Shown here in pieces: positions 36,631 to 49,386 of a stretch of 64,000 nt of DNA. The stretch comes from Chrysemys picta bellii (lineage: Eukaryota): positions 13,516,001 to 13,580,000 of the forward strand of contig NC_088813.1 in assembly GCF_011386835.1 (NCBI RefSeq), given 5' to 3'. Made by a program: the position numbers and the translations under genes. Numbering within the stretch: position 1 is the stretch's first letter; every line of letters starts with the position of its first letter. Under the pieces are notes generated by a model. The model was not told the origin of the DNA, ran no database searches, and saw only the letters and a list, made by a program, of their open reading frames with translations.

Positions 36631-36636
36631 AATAAA
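36631..36636 (+). terminator. Polyadenylation signal of the Olig-family gene
   Basis: First AATAAA, ~385 nt after the stop codon. Confidence 0.6.
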
Positions 36637-37544
36637 CATAGGTCATCTTAGTCAATGGATTTGGCCAACCGGTCTCCTATTTTGAAAGTGCCTTAGTTTC
36701 ATTTGGGCTGGGAGAAAATGTTTCATTGAGAGAGAGAAGAATGGGGCGGATAGGCTGGGATAAGAGAGAAAAGGAGCTGAACGGTTTGGAAGAAAGTGAA
36801 ACCAATTAGCCCAAAGTTTCCCATAGAGAAGCCTTGGGAATTTATATTAGATTTAATTTAAACAGTCCTGAAGGGTCTACTAAATGCTTTTACTCCATGA
36901 TTGCTTATGACAGCTGTTAAAATAAACCTAAAATCAAACACAGGGCAAATGAATCTGACAGATATCCAAGCACCTCCCGATCCCACTTTAGCTCATCTTG
37001 AAGAATTACTACTTGTTGATAATGTTTTTAGTGTTTATATTTCATTGTAAATATGCCATGCAAAGAACTGATTCCCGGCCAAGAAGAGTTTCCATTCTAA
37101 GGTGCATTTTTTTCAAGCACTCAGACAAAACTCAAATTATTTCAGTGTTAGGGAACTTCACAAAAAACAGGGGAGCTACAGTTCAGTGTTCTTTGGCTCA
37201 GAGTTACACGGAGAAATGTAGACTTTCTTGAATATTAAGGGATTTTCCACAGTCTTTCAAACTCTTCTTGTTTCCTGATGCTTATCTTTCAGGTCAAGTC
37301 CTTTGATATGCTAGCACTGTATACATGTGTCCCTTGCATGCAGGGTTCTGTAATCCAGGGAGCAAGTAATTGCTGTGTCATAGACAATTGTCATAAGACA
37401 ATTGCTGTGTCTCAACACTTAGGGCTGGGTACAAGGGTATGGGCCTGGGGCAGTAAGTATTCTGGAGCTCAGACAGTATATGAACTCTTATGGTGTCAGG
37501 ACAGGTGGTCAGATACCTCACTGATGGGCATATAGTACCTAGAT

Positions 37545-37766
37545 CAGGGGTTCTCAAACTGGGGGTCGGAACCCCTCAGGGAGTCACGAGGTCATTACAT
37601 GGGGGGGGGTCACGAGCTGTCAACCTCCACCCCAAACCCCGCTTGCCTCCAGCATTTATAATGGTGTTAAATATATTTAAAAGGGTGTTTCATTTATTAG
37701 GGGGGGTCACACTCAGAGGCTTGCGATGTGAAAGGGGTCACCAGTACAAAAGTTTGAGACCCACTG
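37545..37766. mobile_element. hAT (Charlie-like) MITE
   Basis: TIR CAGGGGTTCTCAAACT ... AGTTTGAGACCCACTG. Perfect 8-bp TSD ACCTAGAT. Confidence 0.9.
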
Positions 37767-37979
37767 ACCTAGATAGACAGACTCCATGATGTGATGATTT
37801 ATGCCTTCTGGCTACAGGTATTTAAATAGTAAATATTTGTTTAATTTTCAAAAACTTTGGTGGGCAGAAGTACTGATCTACTTTGACTTTTACAATACCC
37901 CTGACATGTTCAGAAGAAGATTTCGGATCAGGATTGCAGCTAGCAACCATGTTAGAAACATATTAGGACCTAGTCAACA

Positions 37980-38365
37980 CGTAAGACTTATACCAGTGTA
38001 GCCATAATGGTTAGGAGTGTGATTTTTTTTAACAATAAAGCTATGCCAGAATAGTGTGGATGCTATGGTGACCAGACAGCAAATGTGAAAAATCGGGATG
38101 GGGTGGGGGGTAATAGGAGCCTATATAAGAACAAGACCCCAAAATCAGGACTTTTCCTATAAAATCGGGACATCTGGTCACCCTAGTAGATGCCCTTATA
38201 CCAGCATAAAAGTCCTTTTGGCAGTATAGCTTATGTCTCTTGGGCAACTGGTATAAACTATGCCGGCAGAAGCATATGCCGGTATAAACAGTGTCTATAC
38301 TACGTGGGGTTGCCAATACAGCTATACCGATATAGCTATACCAGCAAACTTTTCTAGGATTGCTA
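37980..38365. mobile_element. Harbinger-type MITE remnant with nested hAT MITE at 38064-38185
   Basis: Inner TIR TA(T/G)GGTGACCAGA ... TCTGGTCACCCTA with 8-bp TSD GTGGATGC / GTAGATGC. Host shows CTATGCCGGCA/TATACCAGCA symmetry. Confidence 0.65.
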
Positions 38366-38824
38366 AGGCCTCCAAATCCACAGCCCAAACTCAGGGCACT
38401 GTAACCAAGGGAATTTTAGGAGTGGCATAAATCTGAAGCACTTTCCATTAAATACAGATACTCAGCTACAGGTCTGGAGAGGTTTCCCGTTTCTGTGAGG
38501 CGCTGTAGAATTACGGCTCTCCTATCAATCAAAGGGGTCAATATAAGATGCCTCCTGAAAATGCATTTAAGCTTCTTAGGAATCGGAGAAGAAAGGGTTA
38601 AATAATTAAAAAAAAACCTGTCAACTAAATACCTTCCTTCACACGATAACTATTTTCTTTATAAAAATGGCTTTGCAGTCTAATTACATGCTGCTGAAAA
38701 GGCCCTTGGAATTGCCTGACAGAGTATCTCATTGAGATATGCTCAGCTTCACTTTGGGACCCTCTAATCATCTCCTGAAATGCTCACAAAACACCCTGAT
38801 GATTCAATTCTAACTCCTGTACAT

Positions 38825-39275
38825 GCATCATATAATCATCTGTTATATTTCTGTAGCACCTTTCATCCTGAAGACCTCAAACCACTTTACAAAAATATAT
38901 AAACTATGCATACCTTGCACCCACCTCTGAAATTCAGCCATCTCTGGGGTAGAACAAGCAAGGTGTTTAACACTGAACAGGAGCTCTACATGACAGATTA
39001 AAGCAGGAAGTGCAGGAGTTAGCCATGTGAAGTTACAGGGGGATTCAGGGAAGCAGACAGTAATTGCTTGATCTGGAATTTGACCAGGGTACTGGGATTA
39101 AACACTCCTACTCTTGCAGAAATGGGATTACAGGATAGCAGTTTTACATTTCATCTGTAAAGACAGTTCCTCCAGCAGGGCCCTTGATGCTGTTCTGGGC
39201 CATTGGTTTAATACTTACTCAAAGGAAACAATGCTTCCTGTTGAATCACTAGCACCAAATCCTGCAAAACTAGAC
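38825..39275 (-). mobile_element. AmnSINE1-like element
   Basis: Reverse complement reads CAGATGAAATGTAAAACTG...GCAAGAGTAGGAGTGTTTAATCCCAGTACCCTGGTCAAATTCC...TCTTCAGGATGAAAGGTGCTAC. Confidence 0.7.
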
Positions 39276-40504
39276 AGTTCTCACTATTACATACTACTAT
39301 AATAAACATCAGAATACCACTTACTTAGGCCAACCCAGCATTGCATGAGATATAAAAGTATCATAACATAAGATGGCCATAAGGCCTTTTCCCACTTACT
39401 GTCTCCCGTTCATATATCACCGAAGAGAGAGTGATTTTATAATACTGCTGCATTCAACGCTAATGATCCAAATCACCACACTTTACACTAGTGTTTTGTG
39501 CTACTATTGTACAACACTGCAGTACTGTTGTTGCAGGAGGGGTCTCCATGGAGTACAGAGAAGGGAGAAGTCTGGTGAAATTAAGGCAGAATTTGAACAC
39601 TGCGGGAGCATTTCTGATTTAACACATTTTTGGAAATGCGTAGGTGTCGGGGTAGGAGTGGGCTAGGAGGAATTATACTGGTGTTCAAATCACTCCTGGC
39701 AAATATATACAATACTATGTAAATCTTTGTTTTGCAGCCATTTCCAATGCCCTTAGAGTCCATGATAGTTCTCCCACTCAAATGCTAATAGCCAAGGGGG
39801 TGTCTTAACATATCCTTTAGATCAGGTTTGATGGGTTTTCTCTGACTTTCATTGTGGTGTCCAGCTATTCTCCACTTTATTCTGGCTTCCCCACCCCACC
39901 ATTATCCCTGGTGCTTAGTTTGTCTGATCCATGAGGATATGAGTGTCTTCCTTAGAAGCCCAAACAGATGCCACACACTGCATCTGAGAAGGAGTAATGT
40001 GGGATTATCTCTGTGGCTAGACTCCTTCTCCTCGAGATAGCACAGTCCTATGATATTGTCACCAGATTCCAATTCGTTGGGTGGAGCACAAGTTTCTGGG
40101 GAGAAGGCCACAGAAGTCTGGGGAGAAGGCCAGATGCTGTCATCTCATCTAGGCTTCTCAATGGGATTTTTCATAACTCAACCAATAAAATATGTAGTTT
40201 AAAAAACAAACAACTGTATTTGCTCCTGCTGTGTCATGGAGAAAAATACAATAGTCAAAGGTAACTAGGGGAAAGGCTCCACAGATTTATTTCCTTATTT
40301 TTAATATACTGAAGATGATAGGTGCTGAGCTGTCAGCTACAACATACGCAGCAACTGAGCAGGCTTCCTTCATGCGGTTCTTCAGACTGTCCCACTAATG
40401 TGCTTTCATTCTGCAATGGAAGGATTGCCAATAGAGGTGAAATGGAATTTTTCTTCATGGCCCATTCAATTCTTGTCCCTGAGAATGACAACAAGGGTTC
40501 TCAT

Positions 40505-41355
40505 TTGGGGGAATGGTAACTAATGAAGGGGACAGATCGCTGATTCAGAGCAATCTGGATCGGTTGATAAACAGGGCGCAATGTATGTTTTAATAAGGTT
40601 AAATATAAAGGTATACATCTAGGAACAAAGAATGTAGGCCATAGTTTCATAGTGCAGGACTCTATTCTGGGAAGCTGTAATTCTGAAAATGATTTGGGGG
40701 GAGGGAAATCATGGTGAACATGAGATCTCAGTGTGATGCTGTGGCCAAATGGGTTAATGATATCCTTGGATGCATAAACAGGAATCTCAAGTAGGAATAG
40801 AGAGGTTATTTTACCTGTGTTTGGCACCGGCGCAACTGTTGCAGAAATATTACGTCCAGCAGTTCTAGTGTCCACAAGTCAAGAAGGATGATGATAAATT
40901 GGTTCAGAGAGGAGCCACAAAAATGATTAAAGGATTAGAAAACATGCCTTCTAAAGATAAACTCAAGAAGCTCAATGTATTCATTTTAACAAAGAGAAGG
41001 TTAAGAGTGACTTGATCACAGTCTATAAATACTTACATGGGGAACAAGTTTGTGATAATGGGCTCTTCAATCTAGTAGAAAAAAAGGTATAATAACTGGA
41101 AGTTGAAGTTAGATAAATTCAGCTTGGAAATAAGACATACATTTTTAACAGTGAGGGTAATTAACCATTGGAACAATTTACCAAGGATCGTGATGGATTC
41201 TCCATCACTGGCAATTTTTAAATCAAGACTGGATGTTTTTCTAAAAGACCTGCTCTAGGAATTATTTTGGGACTGTTCTATGGTTGTGTTATACAGGAGG
41301 TCAGACTAGATGATCAGAATGGTCCCTTCTGGCCTTGGAATCTCTGAATCAATCT
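40505..41355 (+). mobile_element. CR1 LINE 3' fragment
   Basis: RT C-terminal region, then CR1 3' end GGTCCCTTCTGGCCTTGGAATCTCTGAATC. Confidence 0.9.
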
Positions 41356-44300
41356 CTGTGGCAGTCGTGAGCACATGTCCACTAGCAATGGTTCTGAGAC
41401 CCGATTCATTCCGGCACAGATCCACCAAACAGCCAACAGCTGGTAATAACTCAGTAACTATTGACATATACTGTCTTCAGACCAGCATCCTAGAAGAGGA
41501 GACTCCCTAGCCAATTTATCTATTTCCTGAGTCAGTCAGCCACCCAAACCAGGTATTGGATTATTGGTTGTTTAAGTGCCAACATATTCAGTGCTATACA
41601 GGACAGAAGAATAAAAACAGTCCCAGAGAGCCTCTGGGGTTTCTTCTACCTTGGCCAAGACATAGAAGTTATAGCGAAAAAAGCATGTCTTTTAATTACT
41701 ATTAATTTTATCTTTACTTCAGATTCTTCAGGTCACTGCCATATCCCTGAGCTCAGGACCTCATTTGCCTGGAAAAAAAATCTAGCTAGGGCTGGAATAG
41801 CTGGTTTTGAGAACTGACCAAACTTCATGCCTTGATTACAGAGACTTCTGCTTTAACTCAATGGTTGGGGGTGGGAAGGAGAGAGAAAAACCTGCTAATG
41901 ATGGACTGGGGACAATGGTTATTTGCAGGGCTCATGTATCATACAAGCAACAACTGTTTCCAAAAAGGCTTCATTTTTATTAACGAGCCCTAGGCCAGCC
42001 AAGGGACTGATGTCTCCAGAACAAAAGCTGTTAAAAGGGAAATTTATGGACTGGTTTTGATAGTGTGCACATGGACGCCTGCCTCCTTTTGTAAACCACG
42101 GCTCTTTAATAAATCACGCGAGTGAGCCTGAAAAGCAAAAGCCAAGGGTGGCAGCTGGGAGGGATGGCCTAAAGGCCCCTTTGCGGACTCAGCAATTCAG
42201 ATGTCACCTGGTTCCTTTGCATCTCCTAGTCACCTCTCCAGAATCATCCCATGAGAGAAGAAAAACAAGGAGACATGATGCCCCAGCATAGCAAGGTTCT
42301 GGGATAAACACGCTCAGTTCGTTTTTACAGTAAAATGAACACTCAGTCCTCACCAGCTTTAGGATCTGGATGGGGGGGAGACTGTAGCAGGAATGACTTA
42401 TAAGTTGCATGATAAAGAGCACAGCCCCTGGGAATCTGCCAGCATCTAATAGCACCACATGGTCTTTGAAACACAAACATTGTGCAATCCAGCATTCAAC
42501 ATTTCCCCAAATGTCCAGTGAACTAGTCCCCATCCCCCCTAAATTCACCCAGATGGGCAGAGGATGAAATCGCTAGTTAATCAGCAGTGTAAAAAATTAA
42601 GCACAATTCCTGACATGCAGGCACATGGCAGCCTCTTGTTGGGATAATGAGAGTCACTGACCCATGTGAAGCTGTCACTCAGCTAGTAATCTGAAGCAGA
42701 TGGCATGAATTCATTGGCCATTTAATAGCCAAGCATGTCTCCTGTTCTGCATGAGGCATTCCCTCTGGAGCGGGGTGTGTGCACACATGAATATAGACAG
42801 AGAGGGAGCACAAACGTGAACATGTTCTCCTGTTACCAGCACAGGACAGCCTTGCTCCTTATGCATCATCCCACCACCTGAAATCAGCTGGGACATATTA
42901 CTAGCAGTCCCCAGGTCTGAATTCCTTTCAGGGGGTTGGAAGAAGGGCTTTATCAGTGGGGTGAGTGGCCTTGGCTCTGGAATCCAATTCCTCCATTGCT
43001 TTGACAGAGCTAATTTGTTGACCTGCAGGGTATGTTGCAGGACTTACCTGTTTGCTCAGGCTTGCCCTGGCTCAGGTGGGTTCCTTTGCAAGTTGGGGGG
43101 AGGAAGGAATTCTTTCCTAAACTGGCGTTTCTTAGTTTTGTTCGGTTATTTGTGGTGTTGCGAGACAGTTGTAAATGCAGCCAGCAATTGTGACGGACAC
43201 ATAGAACTGAGTTAGTAACCTTTCCAATGTGTGTGTAAACTGGTGCCTATGAAGGAGCAGCTGGGGATGAACGTATACTGTATGTAGGGGAATTTTGCAG
43301 TGTGCTCTGTAGATTCCCTGGCCCTCTTTGCTGCTTTTCTGGTGCCAGGACAGTGTGTGAAAAAGAGAACCCAATGGAGATGAGCTATTTAAAGTATCCT
43401 TTTTCTTTTTGAGAAAACCTGGGATGCTGCTTCACAACATTTGAGGGGAGGGCAAGATACATCCGGTCTTCATATTTTGCAGAGGAGGTTTTTTCCCCCC
43501 AGCTCAATATGACCATCATTCTTCCATTTTATGCTGCCTCAGACTGTTCCATCTTGGGGCACAAAGTTAAAAGACTTGGTCCCAACTCTTAAGAACATAA
43601 GTGAAAAAAACCCCACTTATGTTCTTAACCCTTGCAGGCTACTGCAGCTGAACTCAACAAAGTATGTATGTGTGTGAGAATGCCATTGGACAGTTGTGCC
43701 CAGGTGATGAGAACACAGCAAGGGGGCTTTCTGGACACAGTGACCACAGAGCCATTTCCACTGGGCACAATATTGAAGCAACCAGAGAATAGCCAATAGG
43801 TCACAGCAAAATTGGTCCAATCACCACTGCAATAGAAATGTTTATGAAGCACCATCCGTCTCCCTTTTCTCTCTCTCATTCCTAGCCTAAGATCCCAAGT
43901 GTCCATAAGTACAGGATGCAAAAATTCACTTGTAAGCTGAAACCAAAAGCCAGATCCTGAGACCACAAACACCCCAACTCCTGCGCTCAGCACTTCAGGA
44001 TCAGACATCAGGCCCTTCATGAGGATGCACTGAATAGGAGTATTTAGTGAATCAAACATTTTGTGGGTGCTGGGAGATTTGTCTTCATCACAGCCTCACT
44101 GTCGGGGTGGTTTTTCTAGGACTTTCTTTTCACTCAAGGTTGTGCTTCTGAGCTAATGATTAGGACCACAGCTGTGCTCTTGCTGACACAGAAGCACGGC
44201 CATTGAAGTCATTCCCCTGAGGGAAGATGGAACATGAGGTTTGCCTGCAGCAAAGAGAGAGAGCAGAAAGCTGTACGGTAGAAACAACACAATTATCACC

Positions 44301-44585
44301 ACCACCATCCTAACGACCTCTGGCAGGCTAGTTCCTGTGGGGAAGCTCATGCTGCCGGATTCCTTGTTGATTTTGGCAGCTTGCTGCTGCAAGGACGCTC
44401 CCATCGCTGGGATCATAGCTGTCACTGCTCAGAGGACGCACACTCGGCTGAGGCCCTAGCTGCCTGGCAGAGGCCGCTGCTGAAAGAAATCTCACACTGC
44501 CGGAGTCCTAGATGATGCTGTGACAGATCAACTTCACTCTACCAGTAATTATGGCCTAGATAAAGTTATATTACTGTTAAGCAAA

Positions 44586-44675
44586 CTAGAGAGATAAGGC
44601 GGGTGAGGTAATCTCTTTTATTGGGCCAACTGCTGTTGGTGACAGAGACAAGATAACCAATTTATACAGAGCTCT
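44586..44675 (-). mobile_element. Truncated Penelope family B arm
   Basis: Homologous to 21085-21140; no intact hammerhead core. Confidence 0.6.
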
Positions 44676-44829
44676 TCGGAAGCAGATGGTAGGAATACCT
44701 GAGCCCTTTCCCTTTAAGCCCAGATGTAGGGGAGACAGGTGGACACTGCCAGGTGGGACAATTAACAGGCAAAAGCAGGGTCCTGATGTTAGAAGAAACA
44801 GCAGTCAGCCCCGAGAGGGGGAGATATTA

Positions 44830-45620
44830 AGTGGGGTACCAAACAAGACCGGCACCTAAGGCTGTTTTCCCACGAGACGGGATTCCCCTAGGGAACGGCT
44901 TGAGAAACCAGCCTGGCCAAGGCAGGAGACTGAGCGTTACCCCACCTCTGCGGGGACCCCCGGGGGTGTCTGTGATGGGAACAAACCAGGCAACACCCCC
45001 AGAAGCGGATCCGCGCGGGGTCCCGCAGCAGGGGGTTCCGCAGCGCCAGGGGCTCCCCGCCACAGGGCTCGGCGCAGCGCTGTGCGGGGGCCCGGGCCGG
45101 GGAGCCCCAGCGGGGGTGGAGAGGGGGGACCCCGGGGCAGCGCCCGGCGTGGGGCTGGGCGCTCAGGGCCAGCAGGGAGACGCTCCCCACCCCCCGCTAC
45201 AGCACCGGGCGGCCCCAGCCATAGGTGGGCGCTGGGGACCAGGGGCCCCACCTCCCTGGGGCGGCCGGGCGGGGGTCGCAGGGCCCCAGGCTCTAGCTCC
45301 CGGGTTGGTGGTGGCTAATATTGAGCGCTCGATCTCTCTTGACCCTCAGCAGCCACCGTACCCATGCCATGCCGAGCCACCCGTGAAAAAGGAAGTGACG
45401 TTACCGCTGCGGTGCGGGTCCCGTGACCCGCCCCCACTGGGCTGTGACTAAAAATAGCCCGCCCAGGAGGCGGGGCTTCTGGCGTCAAAGGTCAGTAAAT
45501 ATTGGTGACGTCAGGCGTCCAAAATGGCGGAAGGGTGAGAGTAACGCAGAGCGGGGGGCGGTGCCTTGGCGGTGGGGGAAGGGATCTGAGGGGGGCGCCC
45601 TAGTGCGGGAGGGGCGGGAA
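44830..45620 (+). promoter_or_regulatory. BSDC1: BSDC1 CpG island promoter
   Basis: ETS-CRE GGAAGTGACG at 45391-45400, palindromic CRE TGACGTCA at 45506-13, YY1-type AAAATGGCG overlapping the start codon. Confidence 0.8.
45524..45534 (+). CDS. BSDC1: BSDC1 exon 1 (MAEG)
   Basis: ATGGCGGAAGG|gtgaga. The 11 exons join to 1371 nt = 456 aa with consistent phases. Confidence 0.9.
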
Positions 45621-46050
45621 GGGAGCTGGCCGGGTGGGGGGCAGAGGGGGCGGGGTGGGAAGGGATTGGTCTGTACGGGGAAGGGAGGAGAGGGGGGTGG
45701 GAAGGGGTCTGGTTGTGTGAGGTTGGGAGGCAAGGGGGGGTGGGAAAGGAGCTGGCTGGGTGGGGTTGGGGGCAGAGGGTAGTGGTGGGAAGGGGGCTGG
45801 GTGGGGTTGGGGGCAGAGGAGTGTGGTGGTGGTGGGAAGGTTGGCTGGGTGGGGGGCACAAGGGGTGGGTGGGGTTGGAGGGCAGAGGGTAGTAGTGGTG
45901 GTGGGAAGGGGGCTGGTGGGGGGCACAAGGGGTGGGTGGGGTGGAGGGCAGAGGGTGGTGGTGGGAAGGCAGAGGAGGTGGGAAGGGGGCTGGGTGGGGG
46001 ACAGAGGAGGTGGGAAGGGAGCTCGCTGGGTGGGGTTGGTGGGTTGGGTT
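45610..46050 (+). repeat. G-rich degenerate minisatellite (~40-bp unit) in BSDC1 intron 1
   Basis: Repeats of GGCTGGGTGGGGTTGGGGGCAGAGGGTAGTGGTGGGAAGGG. Confidence 0.85.
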
Positions 46051-46629
46051 GAAGGTAGCAGGGAATTTGGCTGTATAGGGGGAAGAGTATTATGGTGTGG
46101 CAGAAACCATCGGGAAAATGGAGAGTGTGTCTTGTGATGGGGGTTGTGAACAGGAGAGACTTAGAAATATGGTCTGGTTAAAATCCTATAGTTTAAAAAC
46201 CAATCAAGCCTGCCCTCCTCACTGTTACTGACTCTCCCTGAGATAATTAAACTAAGGGGGACTGACCCCTCTAATTTCCCTGTTTCCTTTTGGGATTGGG
46301 TTTACTCTGCAAGTCAATGGAGATGGCTTGGTTCATACTGTAGGTCTTGTGTCACAGCCCAGGGGTGCAATGTGTGGGCTGGAAATGCTGCAGGGATAGT
46401 TTGCATTTAATTGCAATCGTTTTGGAGCTTATACCTTTGAAAGGAGATTTGCTGGGTGGAAGGGGTAGGTTCTCTGAAGGCCCAAAGGGTTTGAACACAG
46501 AGAAGCGGTGGCTGTAGCTCATTCACATGGTGGGGTATTATGTATGTATGTATGTTTTCATGGACTCCTTGGTGTGAGTTTATAATGTGAAATTCACAAT
46601 TTCAGCTTCATATGTTTATCCTGTAACAG

Positions 46630-46690
46630 GGAAGATGGAGGCTGGTGGAGAAGCTGGTTGCAGCAAAGCTACCAGACTGTTAAAGAGAAG
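46630..46690 (+). CDS. BSDC1: BSDC1 exon 2
   Basis: cag|G EDGGWWRSWLQQSYQTVKEK |gtagga. Confidence 0.95.
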
Positions 46691-48266
46691 GTAGGAGGTT
46701 GCTTGTATGGAACAGGACGAGCTATTGCTTAAGGAAATCTTGCATCTTCCCATAGGAAAACCACAATCATTTACTTGGATTTCTCACTCTTCTTGTGGGT
46801 TCTTCTGTAACCTGAGCAGACCAGGCCTAGTAAGGAGCCTCTCTTAGGGTGTTTTCTGTTTTGCTGTGTAATCCTCTTCCCTTTGGAAATTCTTCCTGAT
46901 TTCTACATTATCTTTTAAAGTAACCTATAGGGCTGAGTCATTCTGTGAATGCTCTTTTCTCCCGATGGATTGTAGCTTGCTGTTTAACATAAACTGGGCA
47001 TTAGCCATGATGTAGGTATTATCTTCAATCTGCCTACATGCTCTCTGTTGCTTTCTAAAAATGCACTTCTTAAGTAACTGTGCAGCTCTGGGGTAAGGCA
47101 GCAGTATTGCAGTGCAGAACTTTATTCTGTCACTTACGATTAGTATAAAGTAAGCTGTGAAATGTTGGTTGAGCCCCTGATAGCAGAGTGTGGCTGCTCT
47201 GCAAAGATATGAATTATCTAGTGGCACTTAACCTAAAAGGAGCCGTTGGACAACAGCTTTAGCCAAAATTTCCCTTCTTAACCACATTGTGTGAGATGCC
47301 CTGTACTGGTCAGTTGCTGCAGTTCCCCCCCAGAGCTTGATGTTATGAGACGCTTTGGGATCCTTTGGCATGGAGAGTCCTGTGTAAATGTAAAGTGTTA
47401 TTGCTCTAATAAGGGTTCAGTTCATTACTTCTATGTTACCAACTATTCTTGGGGAAATCTGTTTACTGGAAAGTCTTAACTTATTCAAATAGAAACCCTA
47501 ACCCTGACCTCAGGTGTGAGCTGTGAAAAGCCACTTGCAAGCTTGAACTACATTGGAGTTCTAGATCTGCACTTTGGAAAGGCCTCTTGTACTGCAGGCA
47601 GTGGGAAGAAGAATGCCTAGAGCATACTGGCCCCCCTCCCCCCCATCGCAATTCACAAAGGCGTGAGACTGAGAAGTTCAGCCACACTAAGATTGAAACT
47701 AGGCAACATGACTCATCCATATATTTGCAGCTTTCGTTCAAAGGCTATTGGAACAATAAAGGAGCCAAGAAAGTGTGTATAAAAAATAATCCAATCGCTT
47801 TGCTACGTCTAAAGTTATCCCTGTAGATCTGTGCACTAGTGACAGCTTTTATTAAGGCCTGTCGGCACTATGGCATCGATCACCTCTAAGCAGTCTGGAA
47901 ACATGATTACAGCATTGCTGTTAGAATGTGCGCTGGCGTGTCCATGACAAGTAAGGAGTCAGGTTTTAGCCTAATTGTCTGCCAGGGTTAAAACATCATT
48001 TTTTCTATCCGCACTGGCAAGAAAGGAACATGTTGTAACGTGGTTTGGGCATAGTTGTGTTTCCCAGCTGTGTTGTAAACATGACTATTTCTGTGGTGTT
48101 GGTAGGGCCTCACCTGCGAGAGCCCTGTCATCTCCATATACAGAATAATCCCTCAGGTTAGAGGCCTCTGTTGCTCCAGGGTTTGTGATGCCTCAGATAT
48201 TCCTACTGTGAAGATGGACTTGTGTGAGAATCCGAGGTTGATATACTTTGTCCCTCTGTCTTGTAG

Positions 48267-48383
48267 TCCACGGAAGCATTGGAGTTCATGAAGCGGGACC
48301 TGACTGAGTTCACCCAGGTGGTGCAGCATGATACTGCATGCACTATTGCTGCCACCGCCAGCGTGGTCAAGGAGAAACTGGTT
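48267..48383 (+). CDS. BSDC1: BSDC1 exon 3
   Basis: tag| STEALEFMKRDLTEFTQVVQHDTACTIAATASVVKEKLV |gtaagt. Confidence 0.97.
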
Positions 48384-49386
48384 GTAAGTAAGAGCAGGCA
48401 AGCCACGATTCTGCCTCCTGCTCTCATTCAAGAGAGTGGAGCTGGCTGTCAAACGGGATTCTGGCAGCACACAGACTTATCCTTTCAGGAAATGCCTTTA
48501 TAGCGTGACCTGAATTCACATCGCTCTTGGACTTTGAATTTGAACTCCCTTCCCCAGTGCAAAGTGTCTGTGATGACCCTAAGTGATTCCCTTGTTATGG
48601 CTGCCAGGACTGTTTGATATCAGTGCCCCATTCACAGTTGTCAAGATGAGTGGGGCAGGTGCATGCTGTGGCTCCCAGAAGGGCCAGTTTCTTGCTTTCT
48701 ATTTGTGACTCTCAGGGCGGGGTGCCTTTTGGAGCCACAGGCCAGGTTTCTGCGCAGCAGTGGCGGATGTTGCAAGGGGAATCCTGCAGCTAATTTCCAT
48801 TTGCTTGGGGCTGGGGAAGCTCTTAGCTGAGAGTGGGACTGTGTGACTTGGGTGGGAGGAAGGTGGGATATCTAGTTGGATCTGAATTCCCTGCTTGGAG
48901 ACTGGATGGAACTAATTTCTCCCCTGCCCTCTTGGGTTCCCCATTCTCTTTGCTGTTGTGAGGCTTAGAATCAGCTTCCCCCTGTGCCACCAGGAAAGGC
49001 ACAGTATGTTTTGCCTAGGTGTTGCGATAAGCCTGGAGATGGGTTCCTCTTTCCTAGACCCAAAGGAGACCTTTGCCCTGCACAGCTGTTACTATGACAG
49101 CACAGCTCCCTGTCCTCTCCCCAAACCAGCCACTCCTACCTGCCCCATCCCACAGCCCAGACTTGTTCCCTGCCTATCTGTTGCCATCACCTCGCCTAAC
49201 CACCCACCCACCACCACCCCCTCATCTCAGGCCAGCCCAGACTGCACAATCCCCCACTACCACCCTTTGAGGAAAGGAGAATTGTCTCTCTTTAAAGGGA
49301 CACTGATGCTGGAAAAGACCACATGGGACTGTCTCCGGTTCAGGCACCATTGTTTAGATCATTCCCTTGTCTTTCTCTTTGCAAAG

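Noticed and set aside
44827-46137. Pro- or Gly-rich ORFs
   Set aside because: CpG island and G-rich minisatellite translations.
48958-49386. Open frame upstream of BSDC1 exon 4
   Set aside because: Intronic sequence before a good acceptor; no homology.
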